A stretch of 64,000 nt of DNA. Origin: Armatimonadota bacterium (GTDB taxonomy: Bacteria; Armatimonadota; Fimbriimonadia; Fimbriimonadales; Fimbriimonadaceae). Each line of letters opens with the position of its first letter. The stretch's first letter is position 1. The DNA lies in assembly GCA_031400935.1 (NCBI GenBank), contig JANNQV010000017.1, positions 1-64,000 of the forward strand. Direction: 5' to 3'. The position numbers and the translations under genes were made by a program. Below, one piece after another: positions 28,264 to 38,010 of the stretch. Under the pieces are notes generated by a model that was given only the letters and a program-made list of their open reading frames with translations, ran no database searches and was not told where the DNA came from.

Positions 28264-29796
28264 TCATGCCAGCGCCTCCACGGCATCTCGTACCAATTCT
28301 CTTTCATCCATTGTAAACTTCGTGTGTCCCACAATATGAAAATTCTGATGGCCTTTGCCTGCAAGAATCACCACATCGCCTGGCTCTGCCTCTGCAATTG
28401 CATACTTGACTGCCGCAGGGCGGTCAACTATCGAGACAAACGCTTTTCCAGGCACTATTCCCTTTTCTACGTCTCGTAGAATGGATTCGGGATCTTCGGT
28501 TCTTGGATTGTCGCTCGTGATCACCGTAAGATCGGATTCTGAACTGACTGCCGCCGCCATGATCGGGCGCTTGGTCCGATCTCTATCGCCTCCGCATCCG
28601 AAGACTGTAATAATGCGATTTGGTTTAAGCAATTTGACGCTTTGAAGCAGTTTTTGAAGAGCGTCGGGAGTGTGGGCGAAATCGAGAATTACGCTTACTC
28701 CGGGGATGCTGGGGAGAACTTCGAATCTTCCTGGAACAGGGCGGAGTTTTGGGAATGTAGCTGCAATCTGTTTGAAGTCCGTTCGCCAATCTCCAAAAGT
28801 TTGGATGGATTCGGATAACGCATAGACTCCAGCAGAAGCTGCCAAAAGATTTGTGACATTGAAATGACCACCAATCGGCGCAAATCCAGCGCCATCAACA
28901 TTAAACATCTTTCCAATTGAAAGCCGAATCCTATTGAGGCCAACTTCTTGACAAACGCCATAGATTGTGGCTCCGACCATCTCTGGGTCAAACGCGGTTG
29001 AGTTGTGCCCAAAAGTATCCATATTGAGTTCCTTTGCCCATGCAACACCTATTGGGTCATCAAAACTCATCATTCCAACAAACTTCTTCCTTGAAGCCTT
29101 TGGAAAGTCCGTAAACAGCCGCTTTTTCACAGCCGCATAGTCTTCCATCGTGCCGTGAAAATCCAAGTGGTCTTGCGTCAGATTCGTAAACACCGCCGCA
29201 TCGAATTCGACTCCGTCCACCCGTTTTTGGGCCAAGGCATGAGATGAAACTTCCATTGAGACGACTTGAATTCCCCGATCTCGGCATTCCGCCAACATTC
29301 GGTTAATGTCAATTGAAAACGGAGTCGTATTCAGCGCCTCGTGTTCTTCGCCCAACAAATGAAATCCTAGCGTCCCGATGTAAGCAGTTGAAATGCCAAG
29401 TGCTTCCAGCATATCTCGCATGAGCCAGGCAACCGTCGTCTTTCCATTCGTGCCCGTTACGCCAATGATCTTCAAATCCTTGCTAGGATCGCCAAAAGCT
29501 ACTTTGGCCAGGCGCCAAATCGAATCTTCGAATTCAGATTCTCCAATAAAGGCAGTTGGCACCTTTCCCTTCCAGATTTCGAAAGCTTCCAAAGAATGAA
29601 CGATTACAGCCGACCCGCCTTTATTGACCGCATCGCCAATGAAAGAATGGGAATCGGAGTTTTGCGAAGGCATGCAGACAAAAACTTCGCCCGGCTTTAT
29701 CGCCCTCGAATCAGCGCAAAGCATCCCGATTTCAGCGTTTCCGATGATTTTGTCTGGGGTTACGTTAGCTTCGAGAAACAACTCCGATAACAGCAC
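28264..29796 (-). CDS. murE: UDP-MurNAc-dipeptide-diaminopimelate ligase
   Basis: GVTGTNGKTT, MEVSSHAL, NLTQDHLDFH, DNPRTED (DAP-type motif). Confidence 0.97.
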   Translation of the reverse strand: MLLSELFLEANVTPDKIIGNAEIGMLCADSRAIKPGEVFVCMPSQNSDSHSFIGDAVNKGGSAVIVHSLEAFEIWKGKVPTAFIGESEFEDSIWRLAKVAFGDPSKDLKIIGVTGTNGKTTVAWLMRDMLEALGISTAYIGTLGFHLLGEEHEALNTTPFSIDINRMLAECRDRGIQVVSMEVSSHALAQKRVDGVEFDAAVFTNLTQDHLDFHGTMEDYAAVKKRLFTDFPKASRKKFVGMMSFDDPIGVAWAKELNMDTFGHNSTAFDPEMVGATIYGVCQEVGLNRIRLSIGKMFNVDGAGFAPIGGHFNVTNLLAASAGVYALSESIQTFGDWRTDFKQIAATFPKLRPVPGRFEVLPSIPGVSVILDFAHTPDALQKLLQSVKLLKPNRIITVFGCGGDRDRTKRPIMAAAVSSESDLTVITSDNPRTEDPESILRDVEKGIVPGKAFVSIVDRPAAVKYAIAEAEPGDVVILAGKGHQNFHIVGHTKFTMDERELVRDAVEALA

Positions 29797-31742
29797 TACT
29801 GCCCGCCTGCCTTCTCCAGTTTGGGTTCAGAAGTCGCTCGTTTTCGGTCATTGGAAGTTGAACTTATATCTTTTGAGCCAATGCGTTTCGCTGACACGTT
29901 TACGACTGGCTTCGGGCGCTTCGAAGGCACTTGAATGGATTCAGTTTCGGGCGAAATCAATCTTTGAACCGGGACGCTAACTTCTTGCAGAGCCGTCCTA
30001 GGAATGTGCAAGCGTTCAATCGTCTTTTTAGCAAGCTCAACAAAAACCGGCCCAGCGACCTCGGCACCATAGTACTGCACTTTTGGATCATCCACCATCA
30101 CCAAAATTACAGCTCTTGGATTCTTTGCCGGCACAAATCCAACAAAGCTTGAAACGTACCCGCCGCCTTCAACCGTTTTTGTTTTCGTATTGATTTTTTG
30201 TGCGGTGCCCGTCTTGCCGCCAAGCTCGTACCCTGGAATTCTTAGCGATTTTCCGGTTCCATGGTCGGATTCAAAAACCTGCGTCATGCACTCTAGCAGT
30301 GCCTGGCAAGTTTCCCTTTTTAGAATTGGTTGAGATCCGCGGATTGGATACTGAGTTTCAGAAACAGATTTGACTATCCTGGGCTCCATCCGAACGCCGC
30401 CGTTTGCAAGCGTCCCAAAAGCCGCAACGAGTCCTACCGGCGTAACATTCAGTGACTGGCCAAATCCAAACAAAGCCAACTGCAATCCCTTTGCATACTC
30501 TTTTCTATCGTATGTTCCGGATCGCTCTCCTGGAAGTCCGAGCTTAGTCTTGGAAACAAGCCCTAAATCTTCCAAATATTGAGTCATTGCCGGATGACCG
30601 ATTTTCTTTGCCCAAATGGATGCGGTTACGTTACAGCTTCGAGCGATTGCTGCGGTTGAATCAAGAGTGCCATGCGCCCTCATTCCTTTGTGCATCGCGC
30701 AATTGATTTTCTTGCCTGTCCAAACCTGAATTGAACCAGTGCATGAAACTGTATCATCCATGTTCACAACGCCCATATCAAGCCCTTTTGCGAGCGTCAT
30801 GATCTTGAATGTCGAACCCGGTTCCCAAGCCGACATATAGTTCGGGTTCATGCCAGCGGCGACCCCTGAATCGCCTGCTTCATTGAGCGGCTCATCAGGA
30901 TCAAAACTTGGCCAATTGGCCATAGCAAGCAAGTCCCCGTTCCCAGGATCGAATACGATTGCGGTTCCCGATGTCGCCTTATTGGCTTCAACTGCTTTTC
31001 TGATAGCCTGACTGGCGCAAATTTGGAGCTCGCTATCAATGGTCAAAGTGACTGGTTGGCCGTCAACTCGCTTGACTGATGAGCGATCTAACCGCATTGG
31101 CAAAAATGAGCCATCCCGGTCTACCATTCCGATCGTTTTTCCAGGCGTTCCAGCCAAAGCAGAATTGAAAGAACTTTCAAGGCCAAATGTAGTCCCGCTC
31201 TCGGAAATTCCACCCAAAATGCTCGATGCTGCCGCGCCTAATGGATACTCTCGCACTCCTCCACGATGGATTGAAAGTCCGTCGGCTCTCCAGTCCGAGC
31301 GTACTTTTTCAAGACTTCGAACTTGTTCGGGGCTCAATCTTGGTCGCCATACTCGGCTGCGAATTTTTTCGTCCGCAGCCAAACATTCCAGCTCGGTTGC
31401 GGAAATACCAGTCGCTTCGCTTACTGCCATGAAGAAGCCAACGCTGTTCGGTACACGGTCGAACCGAATCCCTACCGTTGCTGAATTCTCGTTTTGAGCC
31501 GCGATTTCACCATCGGAAGTATAGACTGTGCCTCTCTTGGGTTCGTCAAAAGCTGTGAAAATGTATCTTCCGCTCTTTTCTCCCCTCTCAAGGATTTCTG
31601 CACTTGCAAAAATTTGCTTATGACCTTGCGTTGCCGCGACTGCCACGAAAGCAAGTACAGCTATGCCAGGCAAAAATTTGAGAGTCTTTGACTTATCTGT
31701 TGAACGCGACACGACTATTCCTTGATGACGTTTGGACGCCAT
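29796..31742 (-). CDS. ftsI: Class B penicillin-binding protein FtsI
   Basis: EPGSTFK (SxxK), SCN (SxN), KTGTAQ. Confidence 0.92.
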   Translation of the reverse strand: MASKRHQGIVVSRSTDKSKTLKFLPGIAVLAFVAVAATQGHKQIFASAEILERGEKSGRYIFTAFDEPKRGTVYTSDGEIAAQNENSATVGIRFDRVPNSVGFFMAVSEATGISATELECLAADEKIRSRVWRPRLSPEQVRSLEKVRSDWRADGLSIHRGGVREYPLGAAASSILGGISESGTTFGLESSFNSALAGTPGKTIGMVDRDGSFLPMRLDRSSVKRVDGQPVTLTIDSELQICASQAIRKAVEANKATSGTAIVFDPGNGDLLAMANWPSFDPDEPLNEAGDSGVAAGMNPNYMSAWEPGSTFKIMTLAKGLDMGVVNMDDTVSCTGSIQVWTGKKINCAMHKGMRAHGTLDSTAAIARSCNVTASIWAKKIGHPAMTQYLEDLGLVSKTKLGLPGERSGTYDRKEYAKGLQLALFGFGQSLNVTPVGLVAAFGTLANGGVRMEPRIVKSVSETQYPIRGSQPILKRETCQALLECMTQVFESDHGTGKSLRIPGYELGGKTGTAQKINTKTKTVEGGGYVSSFVGFVPAKNPRAVILVMVDDPKVQYYGAEVAGPVFVELAKKTIERLHIPRTALQEVSVPVQRLISPETESIQVPSKRPKPVVNVSAKRIGSKDISSTSNDRKRATSEPKLEKAGGQ

Positions 31743-32064
31743 ACTCTGTCGCTACATAGCCGTGGATTCTTGCCCAATTCGCAATCTTTCGGCCTGAGGT
31801 CATTGCGATCACTTGTCTTTGAAGCGTTGCCTGCTGCTCTTGAGCGGCCAAAGTCGTTCGAAGTGCCTTCTTTCCATCTGAACGCGCTTGTTCCAACATC
31901 ACGTTTCCGACAAGGCTTGAAGCCAAAAATGTTGCACCAGAAATGGAGACGAAAACAAATAATCGAGTCAAAATTCGTTCGCGGGTTTTCACTTGCTCCA
32001 ATTTCGTGGCACGCGGATTTCGCGCGTTGGTTCTTGGTGACAGAGGGATAGGTATTGCACTCAT
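31693..32064 (-). CDS. ftsL: FtsL-like protein
   Basis: Basic N-terminus, single TM, coiled coil; located between rsmH and ftsI. Confidence 0.6.
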   Translation of the reverse strand: MSAIPIPLSPRTNARNPRATKLEQVKTRERILTRLFVFVSISGATFLASSLVGNVMLEQARSDGKKALRTTLAAQEQQATLQRQVIAMTSGRKIANWARIHGYVATEYGVQTSSRNSRVAFNR

Positions 32065-32080
32065 GATTAACTCCAAGCAA

Positions 32081-33106
32081 CTATCGAGAACCCAACGGCT
32101 CACGACGAAGCGAGCGAAGCTTTGCGCTTCTGCTCCTTGGGTTCATAGCCACCTCACTAGGACCAGCCATAACCGGCTTTTTGTGAAGGTCCTTGAACCC
32201 ATCGCGACCTAAGTCGCGGAAAACGTTTTTGACGATTCGATCCTCGCCAGAATGGTAGCTCAGCACCGAAAGCACTCCATTTTCGGAAAGGCATCTGGCT
32301 GCATCTATCAAGGCTTGGTCAAGCGCCTCTAACTCGCGATTCACTGCAATCCGAAGCGCCTGGAAAACTCGAGTCGCCGGGTGGATTCGCAAGTCACGAA
32401 ACTTTGGAGGCACCGCTTCAAATACACAATCCAAGATGTCGTTTGTTGTTCGAATCGGGAGTTTCTTTCGCCTCTCAATTATCACCATTGCGATTTTTCG
32501 TGACCACTTTTCTTCGCCATATTCAGTAAAAATTCGATCCAATTGAGCGGCGGTCATTCGGTTCAAAAGTGCAGATGCAGGCTCTCCGCGAGTTCGGTCC
32601 ATTCTCATATCTGCTGGCGAATCAAATCGAAAGCTAAAACCTCTGGCTGGGTCGTCCACTTGCCCGCTATTCAATCCCAAATCGAGCAAGATTCCATCCG
32701 CCCGCATTCCCATTCGGTCCAAAACTTTGCTGATCTCGCGAAAATCGTCATGAACTAACACGACGTGAACATTTGTTGGATTGCCGATTCGTTGCCTTGC
32801 AACAGCGAGCATTGCTTCGTCCCAATCAAATCCGATGAGAGTCCCGCCAGGTTTTATGACTTCAACAAACTTTTGGGAATGTCCGCCGAGGCCCAAAGTG
32901 CCATCAACAACTGTGGAACCTGGATGCAAATTCAGGTCAGACAAAATTTCGCTGACCATCACGGGATCGTGATTTGGCTCGATGACTGAAAAAAAACCGC
33001 CCGAGTCAGCTTGGGAGGAGGAATCGCTGTCCGGGCGGTCGCTCATCATTTGAGCAGTTGCTTCTTGTGGTTTTCCAGATGCAAATTGTAAGAGTGCAGA
33101 GGTCAT
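32081..33106 (-). CDS. rsmH: 16S rRNA C1402 N4-methyltransferase
   Basis: HDPVM, DGTLGLGGHS, RGFSF, DMRMD, NPRSRSAKLR. Confidence 0.97.
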   Translation of the reverse strand: MTSALLQFASGKPQEATAQMMSDRPDSDSSSQADSGGFFSVIEPNHDPVMVSEILSDLNLHPGSTVVDGTLGLGGHSQKFVEVIKPGGTLIGFDWDEAMLAVARQRIGNPTNVHVVLVHDDFREISKVLDRMGMRADGILLDLGLNSGQVDDPARGFSFRFDSPADMRMDRTRGEPASALLNRMTAAQLDRIFTEYGEEKWSRKIAMVIIERRKKLPIRTTNDILDCVFEAVPPKFRDLRIHPATRVFQALRIAVNRELEALDQALIDAARCLSENGVLSVLSYHSGEDRIVKNVFRDLGRDGFKDLHKKPVMAGPSEVAMNPRSRSAKLRSLRREPLGSR

Positions 33107-33609
33107 GCGGAAACCTCTAGCCTTGTCGCCTGACGGCTAAACAACATTTGACTGTATGAGTTTTCAATGGCCTCTCGACGTTCGGCATTGTATTTTTCAG
33201 GTGCAAAATTGAACTTCACCCATTCGTCGCGATCCCAAATTTCAACTCGATCTCCGCAGCCGATTGCATAGAGCTCGCCTGTAAGTCGGGCTTCTTCCCG
33301 GATGCGTTTTGGCACAACCATCCTGCCTTGTGCGTCAAAAGTGATTTCATCAAATGCGTTGCCAAGAACGAGTCGCGTGTACTCTTCTCTTGCAGGGTTC
33401 ATCGTGTCCACGCTGAAAACCTCCTGAAGAAGTTGATCAACGATGTTGGAAGGGTAGCAGCTGATGCCGCCGGATTTGCCGAGCATCACGACAAAATTTT
33501 CGCCAAGCCGATCTCGCTTAGCTTTAGTAATGAGGACGCGGCCTTTGTCGTCAATGCTGGTTTCATCGGTGCCGATGAGCGGTTGGAATCCTTCTGGTAA
33601 GTGAGGCAT
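33103..33609 (-). CDS. mraZ: Transcriptional regulator MraZ
   Basis: Two DxxGR repeats (IDDKGRV, FDAQGRM), G.GDRVEIW. Confidence 0.93.
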   Translation of the reverse strand: MPHLPEGFQPLIGTDETSIDDKGRVLITKAKRDRLGENFVVMLGKSGGISCYPSNIVDQLLQEVFSVDTMNPAREEYTRLVLGNAFDEITFDAQGRMVVPKRIREEARLTGELYAIGCGDRVEIWDRDEWVKFNFAPEKYNAERREAIENSYSQMLFSRQATRLEVSA

Positions 33610-33822
33610 TTTTGTTTCGGAACAGGCCAATTACGGTATTACTATTAGAATTGAAATCACTAACCCTTTCCAACTACCCCCTTATTTTCTTTTTTAGATG
33701 TACTCCTGATTTTTTGAGCGAGCGACATCGCTTCCTTGCTCCGTCGCCCGCCCCAATCTTTGTAAGGCGCCCGCCCTACCCCTTTGTCTTGCCAATCCCT
33801 AGCGCAGACTCAAGTGACAGGT

Positions 33823-33850
33823 ATCTTACTATGAAAATTGGCAAAGTCAA
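33823..33850 (-). promoter_or_regulatory. Candidate dcw cluster promoter
   Basis: Minus strand TTGACT-16 nt-TAAGAT with an AT-rich upstream region. Confidence 0.45.
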
Positions 33851-34069
33851 GCCTTTTTTGGAAAAAAAAATGGACTTTTTTAGGGATTTAGAATTTTCTT
33901 TCCACTATAAGTAGACGTAAGTCTATTATAAAAATTAGAAAAACGTAGTGTTCATGTTACATAGAACAAAAAGTCGGAAAAATGGCGCTAATAAGTCGCC
34001 ACTCCAACACTCTATACAGTAACCAATCAATTGATCCAACAATACAGATTATAGAAACGAGGTTGCGCG

Positions 34070-34981
34070 ATGCGAAAGGCTTTCACCCTAATTGAGCTAT
34101 TAGTTGTCATTTCAATCATTTCCATCTTGCTGGCCATCCTTTCGCCAGTCATTGTTGGCGCTCGACAGGTTTTCCAAAGGTATGTCGGCTCGAACGGTAT
34201 GCGCCAGGTTGCCATGATGACCACCATCTATGCCAGCGATTACGATGAAACTTTGCCGCCATTTCGGATTTTAGGTAGTACCGGCGGCATGTGCGATCCA
34301 GAAACGCAATGCATAAATCCCGATTACCAAAAGGCTGTCAAGTCGTACGGACTTACAGTTGCCCAGGAATATGTGGGAGAGCGTGTGCGCGACGCTTCTT
34401 ACTTCTATCATCAGATTTGGCTGTATGGTGCCACGCAGCGGCTGCTTAGCTGTCAGGGAAATCCAAAAAGCTGGGTGGGACTTGACAAGCACGGAGTATC
34501 AACGGATGTTCCGGAATACCAAAGCCATGGCGGGCAAAATAACTATGGAGTGAATTGGTATCTGTTCTCAAACCCAACTTGGTACACGCCAACGGGCGGC
34601 GGCCTATCCATGAGCCAGATTGACGCCCAAGCTTCAACCGCGCTGTTGTTCGATGCTTCGTACTATGTAGTCTTGCCGCGAAAGCCTCAACCTTTAGTTG
34701 GATCGGGCTATCAGACGTTGTGGGTTTGCTACGGAGACTACGCCGAGTATTGGAAAAATTTGGGGAATTCGGTTCTTTTCTCTCCACAAGGCCGACCGAC
34801 CGATGAACAAGCCGAAATGTATGGGGCGCAACGTTGGGGCGGGATGATCAATGTTGTCAACTTGGATCAAAGTTCGCATCCACGAAGGTATCTCGATGTT
34901 TTGAACAATTTAGAAGTCAAAGGTCCCGACAGCTATTGGGATCCTTTCAAGCAAGGCACGGCTCCTTGTCCGGCGAATTGA
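34070..34981 (+). CDS. Prepilin-type N-terminal cleavage/methylation domain protein (DUF1559/H-X9-DG class)
   Basis: MRKAFTLIELLVVISIISILLAILSPV, SN.MRQ...IY..DYDE.LP; degenerate C-terminal RWGGMINVVNLDQS. Confidence 0.88.
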   Translation: MRKAFTLIELLVVISIISILLAILSPVIVGARQVFQRYVGSNGMRQVAMMTTIYASDYDETLPPFRILGSTGGMCDPETQCINPDYQKAVKSYGLTVAQEYVGERVRDASYFYHQIWLYGATQRLLSCQGNPKSWVGLDKHGVSTDVPEYQSHGGQNNYGVNWYLFSNPTWYTPTGGGLSMSQIDAQASTALLFDASYYVVLPRKPQPLVGSGYQTLWVCYGDYAEYWKNLGNSVLFSPQGRPTDEQAEMYGAQRWGGMINVVNLDQSSHPRRYLDVLNNLEVKGPDSYWDPFKQGTAPCPAN

Positions 34982-35062
34982 GTTTGGGGATGTGGGGGAT
35001 GCGGGGGATGCCGTAAGTTTCCGCTCGTCCCTGCATTCCAGCATCCAAGCATCCACAATCAC
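34982..35062. repeat. Bipartite array: 9-mer (GGGGATGYG)n then (GCATCCAA)-type arm
   Basis: GGGGATGTGGGGGATGCGGGGGATGCC ... GCATTCCAGCATCCAAGCATCCACAATC. Confidence 0.8.
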
Positions 35063-35094
35063 AAAGTGTCTAAGGGCAGCACTTTCAAATTGGT

Positions 35095-35652
35095 TCACAA
35101 CCTATTTAGGAATTCTTCTTGCCCAATTTCAAATGCGCCCAAACTCGCCAGATGCGGATTCATGATCTGCGCATCGAACATAGAATATCCGCACTCCCGA
35201 CACCGGTTCACCATCGCCCATAGTGCAATTTTGGAAGCATTAGTTTCGCGGTAAAACATGGATTCTGCGGAAAAGCACGTGCCGATTTGAAGGCCATAAA
35301 TTCCACCCACTAGTTTTCCATCGAGCCAAACTTCACAGCTATGCGCCCAACCTTCGTGATGAATGAGCGTGTAAACCCGAATCATCTCTTCTGATATCCA
35401 GTTTCCATCTGGACGCAAACAGCAACGCATTACTTCTTCAAATTCTTGATTGAAAGTAACCGAGAACTTATCGCTCTTTATCACTTTGGATAGCGACTTA
35501 GACACGCGAATGCCCTCAATAGGAAACAGTGCCCGTTTATTGGGAACGTACCAACGAATCTCGCCGCTTGGCTCTGCCATAGGGAATGCTCCTTGGCAGT
35601 AGGCTTCGTGGATCACATACCGTGTGAAATCGGGATTCAGGCTTTCGTCCAT
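35095..35652 (-). CDS. aat: Leucyl/phenylalanyl-tRNA-protein transferase
   Basis: AY..G.FPM, GNWIS, AHSCEVW, LVGGIYG, ESMF...NASK, DAQ...HLASLGA. Confidence 0.93.
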   Translation of the reverse strand: MDESLNPDFTRYVIHEAYCQGAFPMAEPSGEIRWYVPNKRALFPIEGIRVSKSLSKVIKSDKFSVTFNQEFEEVMRCCLRPDGNWISEEMIRVYTLIHHEGWAHSCEVWLDGKLVGGIYGLQIGTCFSAESMFYRETNASKIALWAMVNRCRECGYSMFDAQIMNPHLASLGAFEIGQEEFLNRL

Positions 35653-36362
35653 TCGTACACGATGAAGTTCGGAACTCGCAAATTGTCGGCAATGGCTGGG
35701 CGAGCTTTTGCTTGCTCTTCCGTCGGTTTTGGTTCAATCAGCTTGGTGAGCGAAAATCCTGAATCCAGGAACGCTCGAAAATAGGCTTCTTGCGGACGAT
35801 GCCAATTGAACACTCGAATCCCGCTCCATTCGGCAACTTCCCCTCTTTCCTCAAAATAGCGGTCAACCCTCCAATGCAGTTTTTGGCCTGCCTCATCTTT
35901 GACCCAACCTGGAATCGAAGAAACCATCGGATGTACGTTTGCGACGATGCATCTTCCTTCTGGTCGAAGAACTCTTGACATTTCAGCAATCGCTCCACGA
36001 AAATCCTCGATGTCTAAAATCGAAAGGTAGCTGATCACCAAATCGAAGGAATTTGTAAGATACGGCAAATGCGCTCCATCGCCCAATGCAAAACTCCCAA
36101 TTTTCAACTTTGTAGCCGCTTGGACAAAGCTTGGAACCACGTCTATGCCAAAGCAATCAGCACCGCGATCTGCCAATAATTGGCAAAACCTTCCGTTTCC
36201 GCATCCAATGTCCAATACCTCTTGACCAGAGACGTCATTGCACAGGTTTAAAAGAATGGGATCAAGCAAATGTGTTCGGTTCGGATCGGCTTCCACAGTT
36301 TCAAGCCAAGCTTGCGCCGAAGACTGCCAGCCAAAGTGATTTGAAGCATCGAATTTGGCCAT
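35637..36362 (-). CDS. Class I SAM-dependent methyltransferase
   Basis: VLDIGCGNG, FDLVIS, RVLRPEG. Confidence 0.9.
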   Translation of the reverse strand: MAKFDASNHFGWQSSAQAWLETVEADPNRTHLLDPILLNLCNDVSGQEVLDIGCGNGRFCQLLADRGADCFGIDVVPSFVQAATKLKIGSFALGDGAHLPYLTNSFDLVISYLSILDIEDFRGAIAEMSRVLRPEGRCIVANVHPMVSSIPGWVKDEAGQKLHWRVDRYFEERGEVAEWSGIRVFNWHRPQEAYFRAFLDSGFSLTKLIEPKPTEEQAKARPAIADNLRVPNFIVYEWTKA

Positions 36363-36442
36363 GGCAAATGATCGTACCTAATGGAACTTGACTCTATCGC
36401 CAAAATGTTGCATAATAGTTCTTCCTTGCAGGAGTACAACCT

Positions 36443-36613
36443 TTGATTCATGTTTCCATTCAGCAAAACGAATCTATAGATTCCGCCCTTAAGCGCTTCA
36501 ATTTGAAGTTGCAGCAAAGCGGTTTGCTACGAGAATTGAAGGAACATTCTCATTTCGAGAAGCCTAGCGAGAAGCGGCGACGAGCAAAGCGACGCCGTGT
36601 CAGCAGAATGTAG
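36443..36613 (+). CDS. rpsU: 30S ribosomal protein S21 (absent from the ORF track)
   Basis: Own translation from TTG after AGGAG: MIHVSIQQNESIDSALKRFNLKLQQSGLLRELKEHSHFEKPSEKRRRAKRRRVSRM. Confidence 0.95.
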   Translation: MIHVSIQQNESIDSALKRFNLKLQQSGLLRELKEHSHFEKPSEKRRRAKRRRVSRM

Positions 36614-36772
36614 GCTCCTTACCCTTCAATGCTACATCAAACTGCCGATACTAATACCGTGAATAACGACTCAACCGAGTCTCGGACATTTTGCCATGCG
36701 GCGACAACCCAATTTGGAACGGGTTTTGTCTTGTTTTTTCCCATGCGCAACATCTAATTCCTAGAGCCGGGT

Positions 36773-37297
36773 ATGGCTCATCCTATGGAACCTCCTAGTC
36801 CTTATTTTCTTTCAATCCGCAATGAAACCGGCATTCGCGTTCCGGCCACTTTGCTAAGGCAAGCTGCTATTGCAACGGCAAGTCGCCACGGACTGCCGCC
36901 AGGTGAAATCGCCTTAGTACTTTGCAGCAACGATGAAATCCGTACGTTAAATCGAAAGTTTCGAGAAATTGACGAGCCAACGGATGTGCTGACTTTTCCT
37001 GCGCGCAATCTGCCAAAAACGCCTCGCCAAGGCAGATATCAATTGGGTGATTTAGCGATTTCGGCGGAATATGCCCAAGTGCAGGCCAACCTTCGAGGCG
37101 CTTCCCTTAAAGATGAGCTTGCTTATCTTGTGATCCACGGCGTGTTGCATCTTTGCGGATTCGATGATGAAAACGAAGCTGACCGACGAAAAATGCAAAT
37201 CGCAATGGCAGAAATGGGCGATTTTTTGGGGTTAAAGCATGACCCAACTTGGACAAGCGCGCTACATGCCTTGGTAACCAGCGAGGATCCAAGATGA
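36773..37297 (+). CDS. ybeY: rRNA maturation RNase YbeY
   Basis: LNRKFR..DEPTDVLTF, LGDLAIS, HGVLHLCGFD. Confidence 0.93.
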   Translation: MAHPMEPPSPYFLSIRNETGIRVPATLLRQAAIATASRHGLPPGEIALVLCSNDEIRTLNRKFREIDEPTDVLTFPARNLPKTPRQGRYQLGDLAISAEYAQVQANLRGASLKDELAYLVIHGVLHLCGFDDENEADRRKMQIAMAEMGDFLGLKHDPTWTSALHALVTSEDPR

Positions 37298-38010
37298 GCC
37301 GAAGCACTAAGGATGCGTTAGGGCCATTTAAGGTAGCTCTGAACGGGCTGGTTTTCACCTTTAGAACGCAAAAGCACATGCGAATTCACCTTTATGTGGT
37401 GTTTATCGTAGTGCTCGCCGGAATCTTTTTCGGTCTTCGATTGAGAGAGCTACTTGTACTTATCTTTACGATTTCACTAGTTTTGGTTGCTGAAATGTTT
37501 AACAGCGCAATCGAAGCCACGGTGGACCTTGTGCAGCCCAACTATCACCCCTTGGCTAGATTTGCCAAGGACATTGCTGCCGGCGCGGTAATGATTACGA
37601 CGATTGTCGCTCTGGTCGTTGGAGCGTTAATGCTTCTTGGCGACAATCGCTGGGAAGAAATTAAGCTCAATTTCGCGGCGCCTAGCATTGGAATTCCGTT
37701 CGCTGCCCGATTGATTGCCGGAACCGTACTTCTATTTGTCATTGTAGTAATCGGCAAGGGACTTGGGAAGCGAGGCTCCGTTTTGCAAGGCGGACTTGTT
37801 TCCGGCCATGCGGCTTTTGGGTTCTTCTTTGCCACAGCAATAATGTTTTTAAGCGATAATTTTCTTGTTTCAGGAATTGCTGTTTTGCTGGCTGGAATCA
37901 TAGCTCAAAGCCGATTTGAGGCAAAGTTCCACTCAATTTTTGAACTAACTCTTGGAGCCACCGTTGGAGTCATGACTGGGCTGATTTTATTTGGGATAGC
38001 ACCAAAATGA
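37294..38010 (+). CDS. dgkA: Diacylglycerol/undecaprenol kinase fused to a PAP2-like domain
   Basis: AEMFNSAIEATVD, AKDIAAGAV; C-part SGHAA and SRFEAKFHS. Confidence 0.85.
   Translation: MSRSTKDALGPFKVALNGLVFTFRTQKHMRIHLYVVFIVVLAGIFFGLRLRELLVLIFTISLVLVAEMFNSAIEATVDLVQPNYHPLARFAKDIAAGAVMITTIVALVVGALMLLGDNRWEEIKLNFAAPSIGIPFAARLIAGTVLLFVIVVIGKGLGKRGSVLQGGLVSGHAAFGFFFATAIMFLSDNFLVSGIAVLLAGIIAQSRFEAKFHSIFELTLGATVGVMTGLILFGIAPK

Noticed and set aside
32960..33106. A-run in the RsmH N-terminal extension as a phase-variation site
   Set aside because: Only 8 A's, in frame, in a housekeeping gene with alternative starts nearby.
33640..33700. MraZ-binding direct repeats upstream of mraZ
   Set aside because: G-rich patches are present, but no convincing 10-nt-periodic GTGG-type repeats.
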